Notes under the pieces: generated by a model | Seen by the model: only the letters and a program-made list of their open reading frames with translations | The model's database searches: none | Told to the model about the DNA's origin: nothing | Assembly (NCBI GenBank): GCA_964106915.2 | Contig: OZ066915.1 | Length of the DNA: 50,720 nucleotides | Direction: 5' to 3' (one strand) | Source: Podarcis gaigeae | Taxonomy: Eukaryota | Position numbers and translations under genes: made by a program | Shown: piece after piece, positions 1 through 11,930 of the stretch | Numbering within the stretch: position 1 is the stretch's first letter | Layout of the letters: each line of letters begins with the position of its first letter

Positions 1-119
1 AAACCACTGGGAAATTGTACCTCTCTGTCGAGAACAGGGGTCTTCCAACAACTCTTGGTACCCTTAGCAAACTACAGTTCCCAGAATTCCTATGACTGTT
101 TAAAGTGCTATGATACTGC
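1..119. mobile_element. Right part of a palindromic squamate MITE (cut by window edge)
   Basis: AAACTACAGTTCCCAGAATTC...ATGACTGTTTAAAGTG..ATGATACTGC resembles a common lizard MITE arm; recognised by eye only. Confidence 0.45.
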
Positions 120-541
120 CACAATTAATAAGCATTAGCCAAATGGGGCAACACTGTGTTTTCATCCCAAATTCTATCACCCATATTCCATGCTACTAAC
201 TTGGATTTGTTTTGATAAATATTTTTTATGCCTTGTTAGGGGGTTTTTTTTGTATTTCTGAATTATTTTGCCTTACAAAGGATTATTACACTATAATGGT
301 CATAATGATTGTTTTTATTGTTTGTGTTTGTTATTCGGCACTGTGGGTACTGATGTTGCACATCAGAGAAACAGTATAGAAATGCTAAATCAATAAATGC
401 TGTCTTCTCACTCAGAGGCCATCGAAATCAGTAGAAGCGTTTTATGTCTGGGTTTTCAGATTGAACGCAAGACCGATTGAAACTTCTGAACAAAAAGAAA
501 ACCGTTCCAGGGTGTATATATTGGCAGTGTCCTTTTAACTC

Positions 542-560
542 TGACCACCAGATGTCACTG
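542..560 (+). promoter_or_regulatory. Candidate CTCF site
   Basis: TGACCACCAGATGTCACTG resembles the CTCF core CCACCAG[AG][GT]GGC[AG]CT with one G>T change; GCAGTGTCC lies just upstream. Confidence 0.35.
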
Positions 561-878
561 TTGATGATCCTGTCCTTTGCATGACTTACTGTGATGTATA
601 TGTGAAGGCCTTTGAATATGCCTTTGTGAGGATAAGGATGCTATCATTTACGATATACGATATCTTTATTGTCATTGTCCCATACAGAACAATGAAATTG
701 AAATTTGACTGTGATGTTGCTTTCAGTGGGCTAAAATGTGGAGAAAATTAGTAGTATTTATTTCAGGTTATTCAACCCAAGGAATATTAGTAACAGAGCA
801 TACAGAAATGTCAAAAGGCTTGCCTGATTCAGAAGCCAGCCGCTTCCTTGTGTTGGCTTTCAATAGCATTCCTTAACA

Positions 879-1016
879 CAGGTTATGGGGACCTTTGGCT
901 CTCCAGATGTCAATGAACCACAACTCTCATCATTTCTGGTGATTGGCAATGCTGGCTGGGGCTGTTGGGAGTTGTAGTTCAGCAACACCTGGCTGGGTAA
1001 AGGTTTCCCACACCTG
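879..1016. mobile_element. Degenerate hAT-type palindromic MITE
   Basis: CAGG...CTCCAGATGT..CAACTC.CATCAT...GGGAGTTGTAGT..AACACCTGG...CCTG; similar to the 15373 and 42801 elements. Confidence 0.7.
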
Positions 1017-1091
1017 CCTTTGCTGGGAATTGACTTCCTAAGTAAAGGCATGATGAATACCTCAAGATGGAGGGAGAGGAAAACCATTAAC

Positions 1092-1186
1092 TTCCAAGGG
1101 CCAGATGTAGCCAATATACTCGCTGGCTAGGTCTGATGGGAGTTGTAGTCCAACAACACCTGAAGGTCACCAGGTTGGCAAAGGCT
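1092..1186. mobile_element. Partial hAT-type MITE
   Basis: CTGATGGGAGTTGTAGTCCAACAACACCTGAAGGTCACCAGGTTGGCAAAGGCT matches the right arm of the same MITE group. Confidence 0.6.
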
Positions 1187-2664
1187 CAATTATATGGCCA
1201 AGTTTTAGAGGCAGATTGTGGAGAAGGGTGCTTGGTCTAGCAAGATCTTCTCACCAAGAGAAGGGTTACTCAGATTGTACAGCAGGACACAGGACCAAAG
1301 TCAAGCACACCTGCATTAGTTCTCTGGGTCACCTGAACAGGTATTGAACCAGCCAGAAGGGGTTGTTTTAATATCACCTAGATAATGCCTCTGTGTAAGA
1401 CTTGAGTCTGCAACTCCTTTGGCAGGTACCCTGAGCAGAGATAAGGCGCTGAGCCTGCTCACCAAGCCACAGAAAGGAAAGGGTCAATAACAGCTGGAAA
1501 AAATCAACCCCAAATCCACGAAGAAAACAGGTGCATGTTACAAACATGTCATGTGAAAAATCAATTTCTGCAACAGAAGGTGGGGGGGTGGAATTCCACA
1601 CCATAAACAACCCAAAGTGATTGTAACATGAATTCATTCTACTAAACCAAATCAATTACATGCCACGGTATGATCTGCAACATTTTCTCTGGTAGTTTCA
1701 GGTCTGCTGGAGGTGGAAAAGTACAAAGCACATTTCATACACCTGGGTTTCATACCCATATGTGCAAGATAACATGCAGCAAACTAATATGTAATATTAA
1801 TAAATTCAACTGCTTTTCTGCAGGCAGATGCCCATATTCCAAGCTAAGTCTGGAAGTCCACCTCGCAAGACGGAATCAAGGAAGTGGAGAATGAACTGAA
1901 CTTCCACAAGTATATATTCTGTTTTGCTCTCTCACTGCTGATACTTTCCTCTGTTATGAAGTAAACTTCATATTCTAAATGTGACTGTTTTAATTTGTCT
2001 TTGTCTACTCAGAATATCAGCTTCTTGGGAAAAGCAGGAATAGATTATTAAAATTATTATGTACTTCTTTTAACTGATAAATCTTATCCACTTTTCAGAT
2101 TTATTTTTTCAATCACCTTTAAATTTGACCTCATTTTTTGTTTAAATTGCCATGACATTCAAGTATTTATTATGGAGCTAAATTCCTCCCAATAGCAAGA
2201 ATTTTGAGAAATGTTATTTTATGCCACAAATAAGAATTTGTCCCATTTTAGGTTTCAGACTTGGTATCTTTAATAACTTAGTCAACTATTTAAATTCTGA
2301 TCCTTAACCAAGCTGAGGTTGCCTTTTATATTTGTAAATTTGTGACGTTTAGCATGTATTGTTAAACAAAGCATTATATAATGACTATCTTGTTCTGCTT
2401 GGACTCCAGATTTAATTTTAGCTTTAATAACTACAAAGCAATAAATTGTATGGATTTCAGTAATTTCTTCGTTTGCCTGGTACGCACACCACAGCAGGAA
2501 GCGTTTCTTCCAGGTACAATGAGGTGTTGAGTTCTTCCAGAACTGCCTGCCATCACATTCTTGATGATGTCAGAGTATTAAGAGCAAGGAACTGTGGTTG
2601 GGCATCATGAGAACTGCAAAAAGAAAAAGTTTCTTCCAAGCAAAATTGAGGGAAACTATAGATA

Positions 2665-2894
2665 GCAGTTCGAAAGCACGTCAAAGTGCAAGTAGATAAA
2701 TAGGTACCGCTCCGGCGGGAAGGTAAACGGTGTTTCCGTGCGCTGCTCTGGTTCGCCAGAAGCGGCTTAGTCATGCTGGCCACATGACCTGGAAGCTGTA
2801 CTCTGGCTCCCTCAGCCAATAAAGCAAGATGAGCGCCGCAACCCCAGAGTCGGCCACGACTGGACCTAATGGTCAGGGGTCCCTTTACCTTTAC
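2665..2894 (+). mobile_element. Sauria SINE, 5'-truncated
   Basis: Body GTGCAAGTAGATAAATAGGTACCGC...ACTGGACCTAATGGTCAGGGGTCCC with an (ACCTTT)n tail; 9-bp TSD CTATAGATA at 2656-2664 and 2895-2903. Confidence 0.93.
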
Positions 2895-3445
2895 CTATAG
2901 ATAATATTTACCCAGGGACACACTTCCACAAAGGGGACTACCCCTGATAAACAGGGAAAAGACCACTGGCACTTACTTAAAGGTCGCAGCCTCAAACATT
3001 CTCAACTGCAAGAAAACAAACTGGAGTAATATCATGCCTGTAAAGTTGAAGTGCATGCGTAAAAGCGCACAAAAGGGCACACACAAAAAATGGGTATGTG
3101 CCACCCACATGTGCATTAATCTGCTAGTGTGTACACTGGTGTGTATATACTGGGCTAGCTGAAATTTACAGACCATCCACATGTGTGAGGCTACTAGAGT
3201 ATAAATGACTTGAAGACAGACATTTGCAGTCATAAAAGTCTCACAAGATTTTAAGAGGTTTATGTATTCTAGAGATTTACTCTACCAGTAATTTGGAAAC
3301 TCAAAAGCCTTTGCAAGGAACCAAATTCTACCCTGGGCAAAAGGAAAGTCACTAGCATCCCGTGTTATTTAAAATTTGCTTCCTATGTGTATAAGCAAAA
3401 TCGGTAGCGTACAGGTGAGGCTTGTATCCTACCAATTTTTATATA

Positions 3446-4178
3446 CCCGTATTTTTCGCTCTATAACACGCACCCGACCATAACACGCACGTAGTTTTTA
3501 AAGGAGGAAAACAAGAAAAAAAATATATTCTGAACGAAACAGTGGATATATGATTTTTGTGGTTCATGCTGTGGCCACAGACATGTGATCTGACAGTGAG
3601 TTTGGAGTAGCCCAATGCAAAAATCCTGAGGATCCATGTGGATCCATGCTTTGTAACCACGTTTTTGCACCACTGCGGCCCCAGGCAACAGTGGGTGTGT
3701 GATTTTTTTGGTGCAAGATGTAGCCATGGACATGCTATGTGATCTGATGGTGAATTTGGGGTGACCCAGTGCAAAAATCCTGAGGATCCATGTGGATCCG
3801 TGCTTTGTAATCACGTTTTAAGTGGGGAAGGAAAAGCACTCAGGGGACAAGGAGCACGCGTGGGGTGTGTGGAGAAGGATGCTGCTAATAATGCAGAAGA
3901 GGGGTATAAGGGAAGAAGGCTCCTCTCCTCTCCCACTTTGCTCCTTTAAAGAAGCAGGCTCTCTGTCCCTCTCTCCTCCCCACTCCGCAGCTCTTCTCCC
4001 TCTTTGCTGTTTCAAAGCGAGCCACGGAGGAGGGAAGGAAGGGGAACCATGGATCCTCTGCTCACAACGGCAGCAGATCCCCTCCGTCACCTGCAGGCAT
4101 TCGCTCCATAACACACAGAGACATTTCCCCTTACTTTCTAGGAGGAAAAAAGTGAGTGTTATGGTGCAAAAAATACGG
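3446..4178. mobile_element. Non-autonomous Tc1/mariner (Tc2/Kanga-like) DNA transposon
   Basis: Inverted ends CCGTATTTTTCGCTCTATAACAC and GTGTTATGGTGCAAAAAATACGG; TA on both flanks (3444-45, 4179-80); no transposase ORF. Confidence 0.85.
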
Positions 4179-6061
4179 TAAATATACCACTTGATTGAAA
4201 TAAAGCAGTTTACAAAAAGATAAGATGCTGCAGCGTATTCTTCCATCCAAACAGATGGAATTCAGAATTCCTTCTGGCCTGCTACACCCTCCTCCAGAAT
4301 TTGCCATGCACCCCTTTTTACTCCTCCCACACCAACTGACACTCAGCATTTCATAGCTACTGAGCACACTTAGTCCTAAGTGGTCTATTATTGACTTGTA
4401 GTTGTTTTGTTCCCTTAGATTCATTTATTTATTTTACAGATTTTTTGTGCCCTTCTGCAAACTTTGTGGTTCTCACCAGGAACACTGACACTGCTCTCTT
4501 TCTTTTTTAGTGGCCCAAACGTTGGCTACATAATCACTGACACTCACCATCTTAGTTCACCATTACAGGGACTGATGTGTGACAAGGATAATATTAGGGA
4601 CAATACACCTGGGCGGAGATGGAAAATGCAACCTTTGTGAATGACAAGTGAGGTTATAAGGATAGATGTTAATGTGAATGCTTTGAATAATTCATGCACA
4701 GTTCAAGGTAAGAAGGATTTAACTTGATAATGTCTTGCTTGTCCTAAGGAATGTTAGCCCACAGAACAAGATCTCAACGCAACCTTAAAATGTTAATTTA
4801 ACATTGGGGAGTGAGAGCAGGAGGATATTAAAGCCAGTCTATCTCCTCAAGAGTGCAGCAGAGCACGATGGCTGGGTTAAAATTAAGGACAGCGCCCTTT
4901 ACCCTAGCTTTTTTGAAGTAATGTCAATCTCTGATGAATCTATTAACACCAGTCAGCTTGTCTATGAACTACCTTGCATAAGATTATTATCAGGTCACCT
5001 CATCATGTCATTTTCTGATCTTCAAATTGTGGATGTAACTCAACCTCTTGGAAATAATGACCACTGCCATTTTGGGATGTATATGTGAACGTGCAACAGA
5101 CATTTTATTCATATCAGATCTGTTTCCAAGAGAATGTTGCCATCATAAACAGCTGCTGGCATTGTAGATACCTCCAGACAGAAGGACTGCAATCTTGAAC
5201 CAGGGCATAGAATTTCAAGATTTCCCTACCCAAGACTGATTTTCAACAAGATGGCATACAAACAAGTTTCAGTTTATTTACTTCCCAACCAATGGCTTTC
5301 ATGTGGTTTGAGACCACTGGGAAAATTCCACGCAATGGGATCTCATGAATTCATTTGCTACATACATATTATAGGGATATTCTTCCTTTTAGAAGAAAAA
5401 AATGGTTAGGTTTTTCAGTTGCTTTAAATGGGGGGGGGGCATGTTCAATGTTTATGGATTTGATTCATCCAACCTGGTTAAAATTTGCTCAATTGCAGCA
5501 GCACTATAAGTGTATTCCATAAGTCAAGAATATTTAACTATGAGATTTTTCTCCCTTCTTTTTAACTTTGCTTTACCTCAGCTGCTTTATCACTGTGCTG
5601 CATAATGGTACTTTTCTCTGTTCCTTGAAAAGAAAGACTGGGTTCATTTAAAGAGCCTAATATTCTATATAAAGCACCATTCCACTCAGCCATGTGGAAG
5701 GCCTATTTTCATCCATCAAATATTCAGGGGAGTCAGGCTTTTCCCCCTGTAACAAAACTTTCGGAATTCTAAATTTCAGCTAAAAACTTGGAACAAAGAA
5801 TTTCTACACAGGGGAGGGGGGAAACAAAACACGACTCTCCATTTTCTCATCATGCTGGTGTAGTTTTCTGCTCATTATCAGTATTCTTATAGAACATGAA
5901 CTTTCCCTCCACTTCAAGATTTACCTGCATACAATAAAAAACCCAGATAGGTATCCTCTCATTCAGTTTATTAAATCTATGCCAACCTTCCCCAACCTGA
6001 GGTTGTGTAGATGTTTTGGACAACTTCCATCAGTGCCGGCTGATGAACCTGAATGTTGCAA

Positions 6062-6212
6062 GATAAAGGATAGACAAAAGAAAGCACTGCTTCACACAAT
6101 GCATAATTAAAGTATGGATTTTTCTCCATAGTAGCGATGGACACAAATGTATGAAGCTGCTTTATCTGAATCAGACTATTGGCCCATATAATCCAGTATT
6201 ATCTACTCTTCA
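6062..6212. mobile_element. CR1 3' fragment (+) abutting a Squam3/CR1-tail fragment (-)
   Basis: GACAAAAGAAAGCACTGCTTCACACAATGCATAATTAAA (CR1-like), then GAAGCTGCTTTATCTGAATCAGACTATTGGCCCAT (reverse complement of the SINE tail). Confidence 0.5.
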
Positions 6213-6392
6213 GTGGTTCTGCACAATCTTTGGCTGAGGTCTTTCCCAAGGGCCCCTTCATATTCTCTTTTTATTGTGCATTCATGATGATTTGTTCTCA
6301 TGATGAGGTTGGGGTGGCCATATGCAATCCCGTTTTCAATACCGCTCATGTCTTCAAATGTTTGGGGGCATTTATACCGCTTTGTTTCCAAT

Positions 6393-7767
6393 CAGTGCCA
6401 GACTTAAAATTATATCATGAGACAGCTTGCCTCTCCTGGATCCGGGAATGGTTGATGCTACAAAACACTGATTTGCTGGATCTGGAAGGATTCAATAATC
6501 GGCACGGTTGGCACGCTTATGTAGGTTATGAAAAGTCCACAAAGGCTTCTTGAACCATGTGCTTAGAAAATCACTATACATGGTGTGAGCTAAGTATAAG
6601 GACTTGTTAGAGCCAAAAACGCAATGGTGGCTATCCCCGATAGAAACATTCTCAGTAAAGAAAAAGAGAGAGAAGGGTAATTGGGCAACATACAAAGATT
6701 TATTGGAAGAAAAGGGAAATAGGCTAAAACTTTAAAAATTTTAAGAAATTTGAACCCATTTAGCAGACTGGTTACAACATGTCCAACTAAACTAGGCATT
6801 CCAAAAAGACAAACAGAAGGGCTTTTCCACAGAAATATCAAGACTTGAGAAAGATCTAATTCAAACTAAAAAAAAACCACTCTCTAAAATGTACAGGTCC
6901 TCCTAGACTGGGAGGTGAAGGAGGAAGAAGCAAAATTGGTAATGGGCCAAATATTTCGGTTACAATATCCAAATGGAAGCATGGGAAAGGTTATAGAGGG
7001 AGAACCTGAAATTTACTGACGTGAAAGAGAATTTCATGAAAATGCTTTACCCATGGTACCTAAGACCTGTAAAACTGGCCAAAATGTATAAAATCAGGTC
7101 AAGCAGTCACTGGAGATGCAGAGAGGCAGAAGGCACAATGATCCACATGTAGTGGAACTGTAAAAAGGGGGGGAATTCTGGGATATAATATATAATGAGC
7201 TAAAGAAAATATTTAAATTTTCCTTCTCCAGAATGCCTGAAGCCTTTCTGCTGGGTATAATGAGTAATGAAATTTCAAAACATTTAAGGAGAATTTTAAT
7301 GTATGCAATAGCCAAGCAAGAATTTTAATTGCAAAAGGATGGAAAGGAGATTCCATCCTGACCAAATTGGATTGGCAGACGAAATGTTAGAATATGCAGA
7401 GTTAGCAAGAATGACAGCAAGATGCTGAGATGACACAGAACAAACATTTAATACAGAGTGGGAAATTTACAGAGTATATCTAAAAGTACATTGTAAAAAT
7501 CTAAATTCTTTGTCAAGCCCGGATTGACTTCTGCATGAAATTAGAGAATTTTAAAAAAACCAATATAACTAAAACACCCTAGGAGAGACAATGGAAAGTG
7601 CGTAGTTGAAAATGTAATTTAGGAACCACATTGGGGTGATCAGAAGTCATGATGGAATTTGTGGTGTATGAATGTGTTTTTTTGGTAATATGTATCGATT
7701 TTGGATTGTTTTTGTTGACTGTTTTATTTTTTTAAAAAACCAATAAAGCATTTAAAAAATGAAAAAA
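6393..7767 (+). mobile_element. L1 LINE, 5'-truncated and decayed (ORF2 C-terminus and 3' UTR)
   Basis: Translates to VPDLKLYHETACLSWIREW..LLDLEG..GWHAY, later KMLYPWYLRPVKLAKMYK, WRC..GT.IHM*WNC (zinc-knuckle region) and PEAFLLGI; A-rich sense strand; AATAAA and A-rich end near 7742-7767; many stops and frameshifts. Confidence 0.88.
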
Positions 7768-9202
7768 GGGGGGGGCAACCAGTGCAAATCGTGTAACTTC
7801 CTGCTGAAATCTGTAACTTTTTATACCACAAATGTTCGGCTTGGTGGGTTGTCGCACTTTTGTTGCGCTTTAGTGCAAGTGTGCCTTTCCAGACAATGAT
7901 AATGCAACAACAGTTGGGAAGCATCACAGAACAAGTAGGATGATTTGTGGGCAGTCCAGTATTGGTCATGGCAAAGCTATTAATTTCAACAGGTCTACTC
8001 TAAGCATGACTGATTCTGGATCCAACCAATACTATCTCTTGGGATAGTCACTAGTGGCTGAAACTGCTCTAAATCTTCAGTTTCCCTCTTCCCAAAAAAG
8101 GAAAGGAAGTGTTTTCCAAAGAGGAGTATCTTGCTGAACTCTAAATTATAAAATTCCATTTTATGCAATTCTGCAGGAAAAAGTGGACACTGAAAAATTA
8201 TCTGACTGGGAGCTTAGCAACAGAAAGCCATAAATCTTCTTGGCAGTTATACAGTTTTATTGTGAGGTGGTGCTTATGGGAGCTGCTGTTAACTAACGGA
8301 CGTGCATACGTTTGGCAAGGCAGCTTTGAGATTCCAAAATCTGTAGGTGTCTCATGATTCCGCAGTCTGGTGTTTACAGTCTCTCGTGTAGTGAAAAGAC
8401 CCAGATTTAAACAACAGCTCCTCCAATGTCAATCTAAGACTCAATCAAGGATTTAAGAGATGTGTCCCATGTGCTAAAAAAAAAGTAGAAGTGGCAGGTG
8501 GCAAGGACTCGGAGAAATTCCATACTGTTAATTAAAACATGCACTGCAAACCAGTGAGGAAAAAGCAGAAGAAATTAATTCAGAGGCCTTCACTGTACTG
8601 AAATCTAATGGGTGATTTTTTTTTCCTTTAAGAATTTTATGGAGCAGGAAATGAGAACACATTTCGAGATCCTTTTAAACCCCATTAGGCCACACAATTA
8701 ATTTTTTTATGTAAAAAGAAATAAAGAAGGTTTCCATCTACCTTGGTCATGCTGCAGGTTTTGCTTGCCTTAAACCCAAGCACCAACAAAAAACTTGCAC
8801 TGGATTTTAATAAACATACATATGTACCTGCAAGCAAATCAATCACAATAAAAAAGGACTGAATATATTTTTTTAAAAGTTACTTTTTCAAGGTGCTGCA
8901 TTAGAATAAGTGAAGCATAGTTTTCCAGAGGGACCCAGGTCAAAATGTATATAGATTCCTGAGAAAAACTTTCACGTGAGGGTGATATATATTGCAGAGA
9001 TACATTTTTGCCTATGGATTCATTTCTTAGTTCTGATCCACTGGTGCTGCAAGAAAGAAAAACCTACATACAGCCTCTGGTGTTCTGTGTACAGTATTCC
9101 TGCAGTCCTCTGCATGTCAAAAAATCAGCACTAATCTCCAGCTTGGGTTGGACTGCTTAACTCCCCCCTTCCACCCTCCCCCCAAGAGCAATTAAATCAT
9201 GT

Positions 9203-10197
9203 CATTAGAACGTAGGTAAAGTGCTGCTGAATCAAACCAAAGGTCTGTCCAGAGTTCTGTTCTCACAGAATCAGATGTCTATGGGAAGTCTCACAATACC
9301 AGTTGGTGGGGAATGCAAGTGGCAGGGTGCTGCTGTGCTGACGTCTTGCTTGCAGGCTTCCCACAGGCACTTGGTTGGCCACTGTGAGAGCAAGATACCG
9401 GACTAGATGGGCCATTGGCTTCACCCAGCAGGTTCTTCTTACGTTCTTAAGCCCAGGAGGAGGACATGAGTGCAATAGACCTCTCCCACTTGGTCCCTAG
9501 TGTCTCTGATCTTCAAGTGGTCTGATCTACTAGTGGTCATTGATAGCTTTATCCTCCATGAATCTCCTTTTAAAGCCATCAAAATTGGTGGCTGTCATCT
9601 CATTCCATGGTAGGAATTCCATAATTTAACTACGTGCTTATCCTGAATACCTCACCATTTAGCTTCCTGGGATGACCCCAGATTTTAGTATGGTAAGAGG
9701 GGGGTAGAAAATTCTGTCACTTTTCTCTACATCAAGCATACTTTTATAAACCCCTGTCATGTCCCATCTGACTGGCTTTCCCCCCTAAAAGCAAAAGTTC
9801 CAAGTGTTGTAACTGCTTCATGAGGGAGTTTCTTCAGCCTCCGGATAATTTTGGTTGCCTCTTTCTTTACCTTTTCCAGTTCCACAGTATATTTTTTGAG
9901 ATGTAGCTGCCAGAACCGTACACAGTATTCCAAGTATGATCACACCATCAGTTTTTATAAAGTCATCAAGATATTGGCAGTTTTATTTTTCATTCCTTTC
10001 CTAATGGCCCTTAGCATGGAATTTGTCTTTTTCACAGCTGCCAAGCATTGAGTCAACGTTTTCCTTGAGCTATCCACCATGACCTCAAAATCTCTTTCCT
10101 GGCCAGCCACTGCAGATCAGACTTTGTGTAAGTGAAGTTTGGAAGGGAAATGTCCCATAATGCATCACTTATATTGAACCACATCTGCCACTTCAAT
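9203..10197 (-). mobile_element. CR1 LINE, 3' portion, decayed
   Basis: Minus translation near 9820-9955 gives YLEYCVRFWQLHLKKYTVELEKVKKEATKIIRRLKKLPHE (CR1 RT C-terminal motif); CR1-type 3' end near 9203; an oppositely oriented CR1 tail is nested at ~9310-9450. Confidence 0.85.
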
Positions 10198-10644
10198 TGC
10201 TGTAGCCCCATCCCAAGTTGTGCTGCCAAACAACAAAGTTCAGAGCTGTGTGGATTGTCAGGCCAGACAACAGGAGACAGGAGTCTCTGAGATACACTTT
10301 CCTGCAAGCAGAGTCCACATTCAAAGCCAAGTCCATTCCTAGGGTCAGGCAACCAGCCAGCCATGTAATCAGACAATTCAGGGGTCAAGGAATCCAAATG
10401 TTCATGAAGCCAAGGGTCCAGATGGGAAGCAGGGAGCAGCGACGTAGGACCAGGAACCACAGGCTTTGTTTCCAGCCTCTGACTGCTGCAAGAAGCCCTG
10501 TTTAAGAAGGCTGAAGCCATCTGGTCCCCACCAGTGCCTTCTCCTCATGTCCTTGAAGGCTGACCAACTGCAGGTGGAGTTACTCCACTTGCTCTCCCTT
10601 CGGGCTGCTGTTCAACAGGGGAAGCTGACTCCTGGCCCATGACA
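10198..10644. mobile_element. Solo LTR (Gypsy-like) inserted in CR1
   Basis: TG...CA termini; near-perfect 5-bp TSD TCAAT/TTAAT; CR1 sequence resumes on both sides. Confidence 0.65.
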
Positions 10645-10804
10645 TTAATGCCCATTCACCCAGTTTTGAAAGATCCATTTGGAGGTCTTTGCAAACTTTT
10701 TTTTAAACACCCTGAATAATTTGGTGTCAGCAAACTTCACTGTTCACCTCTAATGCCAGATCACTTTTGAACAAATTAAAAAACACCCCAACCTCAATAC
10801 AGAT

Positions 10805-10808
<4 letters not shown>

Positions 10809-10841
<33 letters not shown>
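10809..10841. repeat. (CA)n microsatellite
   Basis: Seen directly. Confidence 0.95.
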
Positions 10842-10844
<3 letters not shown>

Positions 10845-10951
10845 CCATTTATTACCCACATCATGAGAACTGCTCATATATGCCAACTCTTTCCTTCATG
10901 TTCATTGATTGATTTCTGGTCCATAAGGGGTCCCATCCACTTATCCCATTA

Positions 10952-11193
10952 CAGTGGTACCTCTGGTTATGTATTTAATTTGTTCTGGGGGTCCGTTCTT
11001 AACCTGAAACTGTTCTTAACCTGAAGCACCACTTTAGCTAATGGGGCCTCCCGCTGGCACCACGCCGCCAGAGCACGATTTCTGTTCTCATCCTGAAGCA
11101 AAGTTCTTAACCCGAGGTACTATTTCTGGGTTAGCAGAGTCTGTAACTTGAAGTGTATGTAACCTGAAGTGTATGTAACCTGAGGTACCACTG
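10952..11193. mobile_element. Tigger/pogo-like MITE
   Basis: TIRs CAGTGGTACCTC / GAGGTACCACTG; TA TSD at 10950-51 and 11194-95; internal TAACCTGAA repeats. Confidence 0.9.
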
Positions 11194-11265
11194 TACTGCT
11201 AAATGTGCTTAGAAACTTAAAAGTTAGGGGCTTTGACGAAAGAAAAGAAAAAACTTTCTTGGGAC

Positions 11266-11268
11266 CAC

Positions 11269-11303
<35 letters not shown>
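11266..11303. repeat. (CA)n microsatellite
   Basis: Seen directly. Confidence 0.95.
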
Positions 11304-11308
<5 letters not shown>

Positions 11309-11511
11309 ACTACACATGCATGCATACCTCAACCACACACACATTCACACCTAGCAAACACACACATGTGTGCACCATGACTGCTCTTTCCCTTATCCTG
11401 CCAATAATAATATTAACAATAAGATAAACTCTCATAAAATACAGCAAGGCAGCAGACATCATACAAAATTACAGTAAAACAATAAAACATTAGTTTAAAG
11501 AAACTTCAATA

Positions 11512-11640
11512 CCATATTTTTCGCTCCATAGGGCACACCAGACTATAGGGCACACCTAGTTTTTAGGGGGGGGTTGTTCTGAAGCATGTAGCTGGGGTGG
11601 CAACTATTAACCTTCCTTCCCCATCTGCAGTCTCCAGGAA
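11512..11640. mobile_element. Tc2-like element, one end only
   Basis: TA-CCATATTTTTCGCTCCATAGGGCACACCAGACTATAGGGCACACCTAGTTTTTAG parallels the left end of the 3446 element. Confidence 0.65.
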
Positions 11641-11642
11641 GA

Positions 11643-11643
<1 letters not shown>

Positions 11644-11718
<75 letters not shown>
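11644..11718. repeat. Compound (CT)n(CA)n microsatellite
   Basis: Seen directly. Confidence 0.95.
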
Positions 11719-11721
<3 letters not shown>

Positions 11722-11744
11722 CCACCATAACAATTAAGCTTTGA

Positions 11745-11930
11745 CAAAAACTTTTACGTTATCATATGAATTTTAGTATGCATTACTCGGCTGGAAAACT
11801 GCACTGCAAAATTTGGAGAAGTGTGGCTTTTGAAGGATGGCTGTGTTTCAGGTCGCATATTGTTTCAGAAAATGCAAATTAGGAAGATTCACTTTTAAAT
11901 ATGAACTGAATCAAATTTCTCCCATCCCTT
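11745..11930 (-). mobile_element. Interspersed squamate repeat (DNA-transposon-like), copy 1
   Basis: AACTGCACTGCAAAATTTGGAGAAGTG..TTTGAAGGATGGCTGTGTTTC..TTTCTCCCATCCCT; related copies at 26457-26635 and 38570-38882. Confidence 0.7.

Larger units (their letters stand above)
10645..11265 (-). mobile_element. CR1 continuation, interrupted by (CA)n and a MITE
   Basis: TAATGCCCATTCACCCAG, AATAATTTGGTGTCAGCAAAC (reverse complement of a FADDT-like motif) and GGGCTTTGACGAAAG are colinear with the 9203-10197 fragment. Confidence 0.65.

Noticed and set aside
10053-10520. 155-aa minus-strand ORF
   Set aside because: Spans the solo LTR/CR1 junction and has no recognisable domain.
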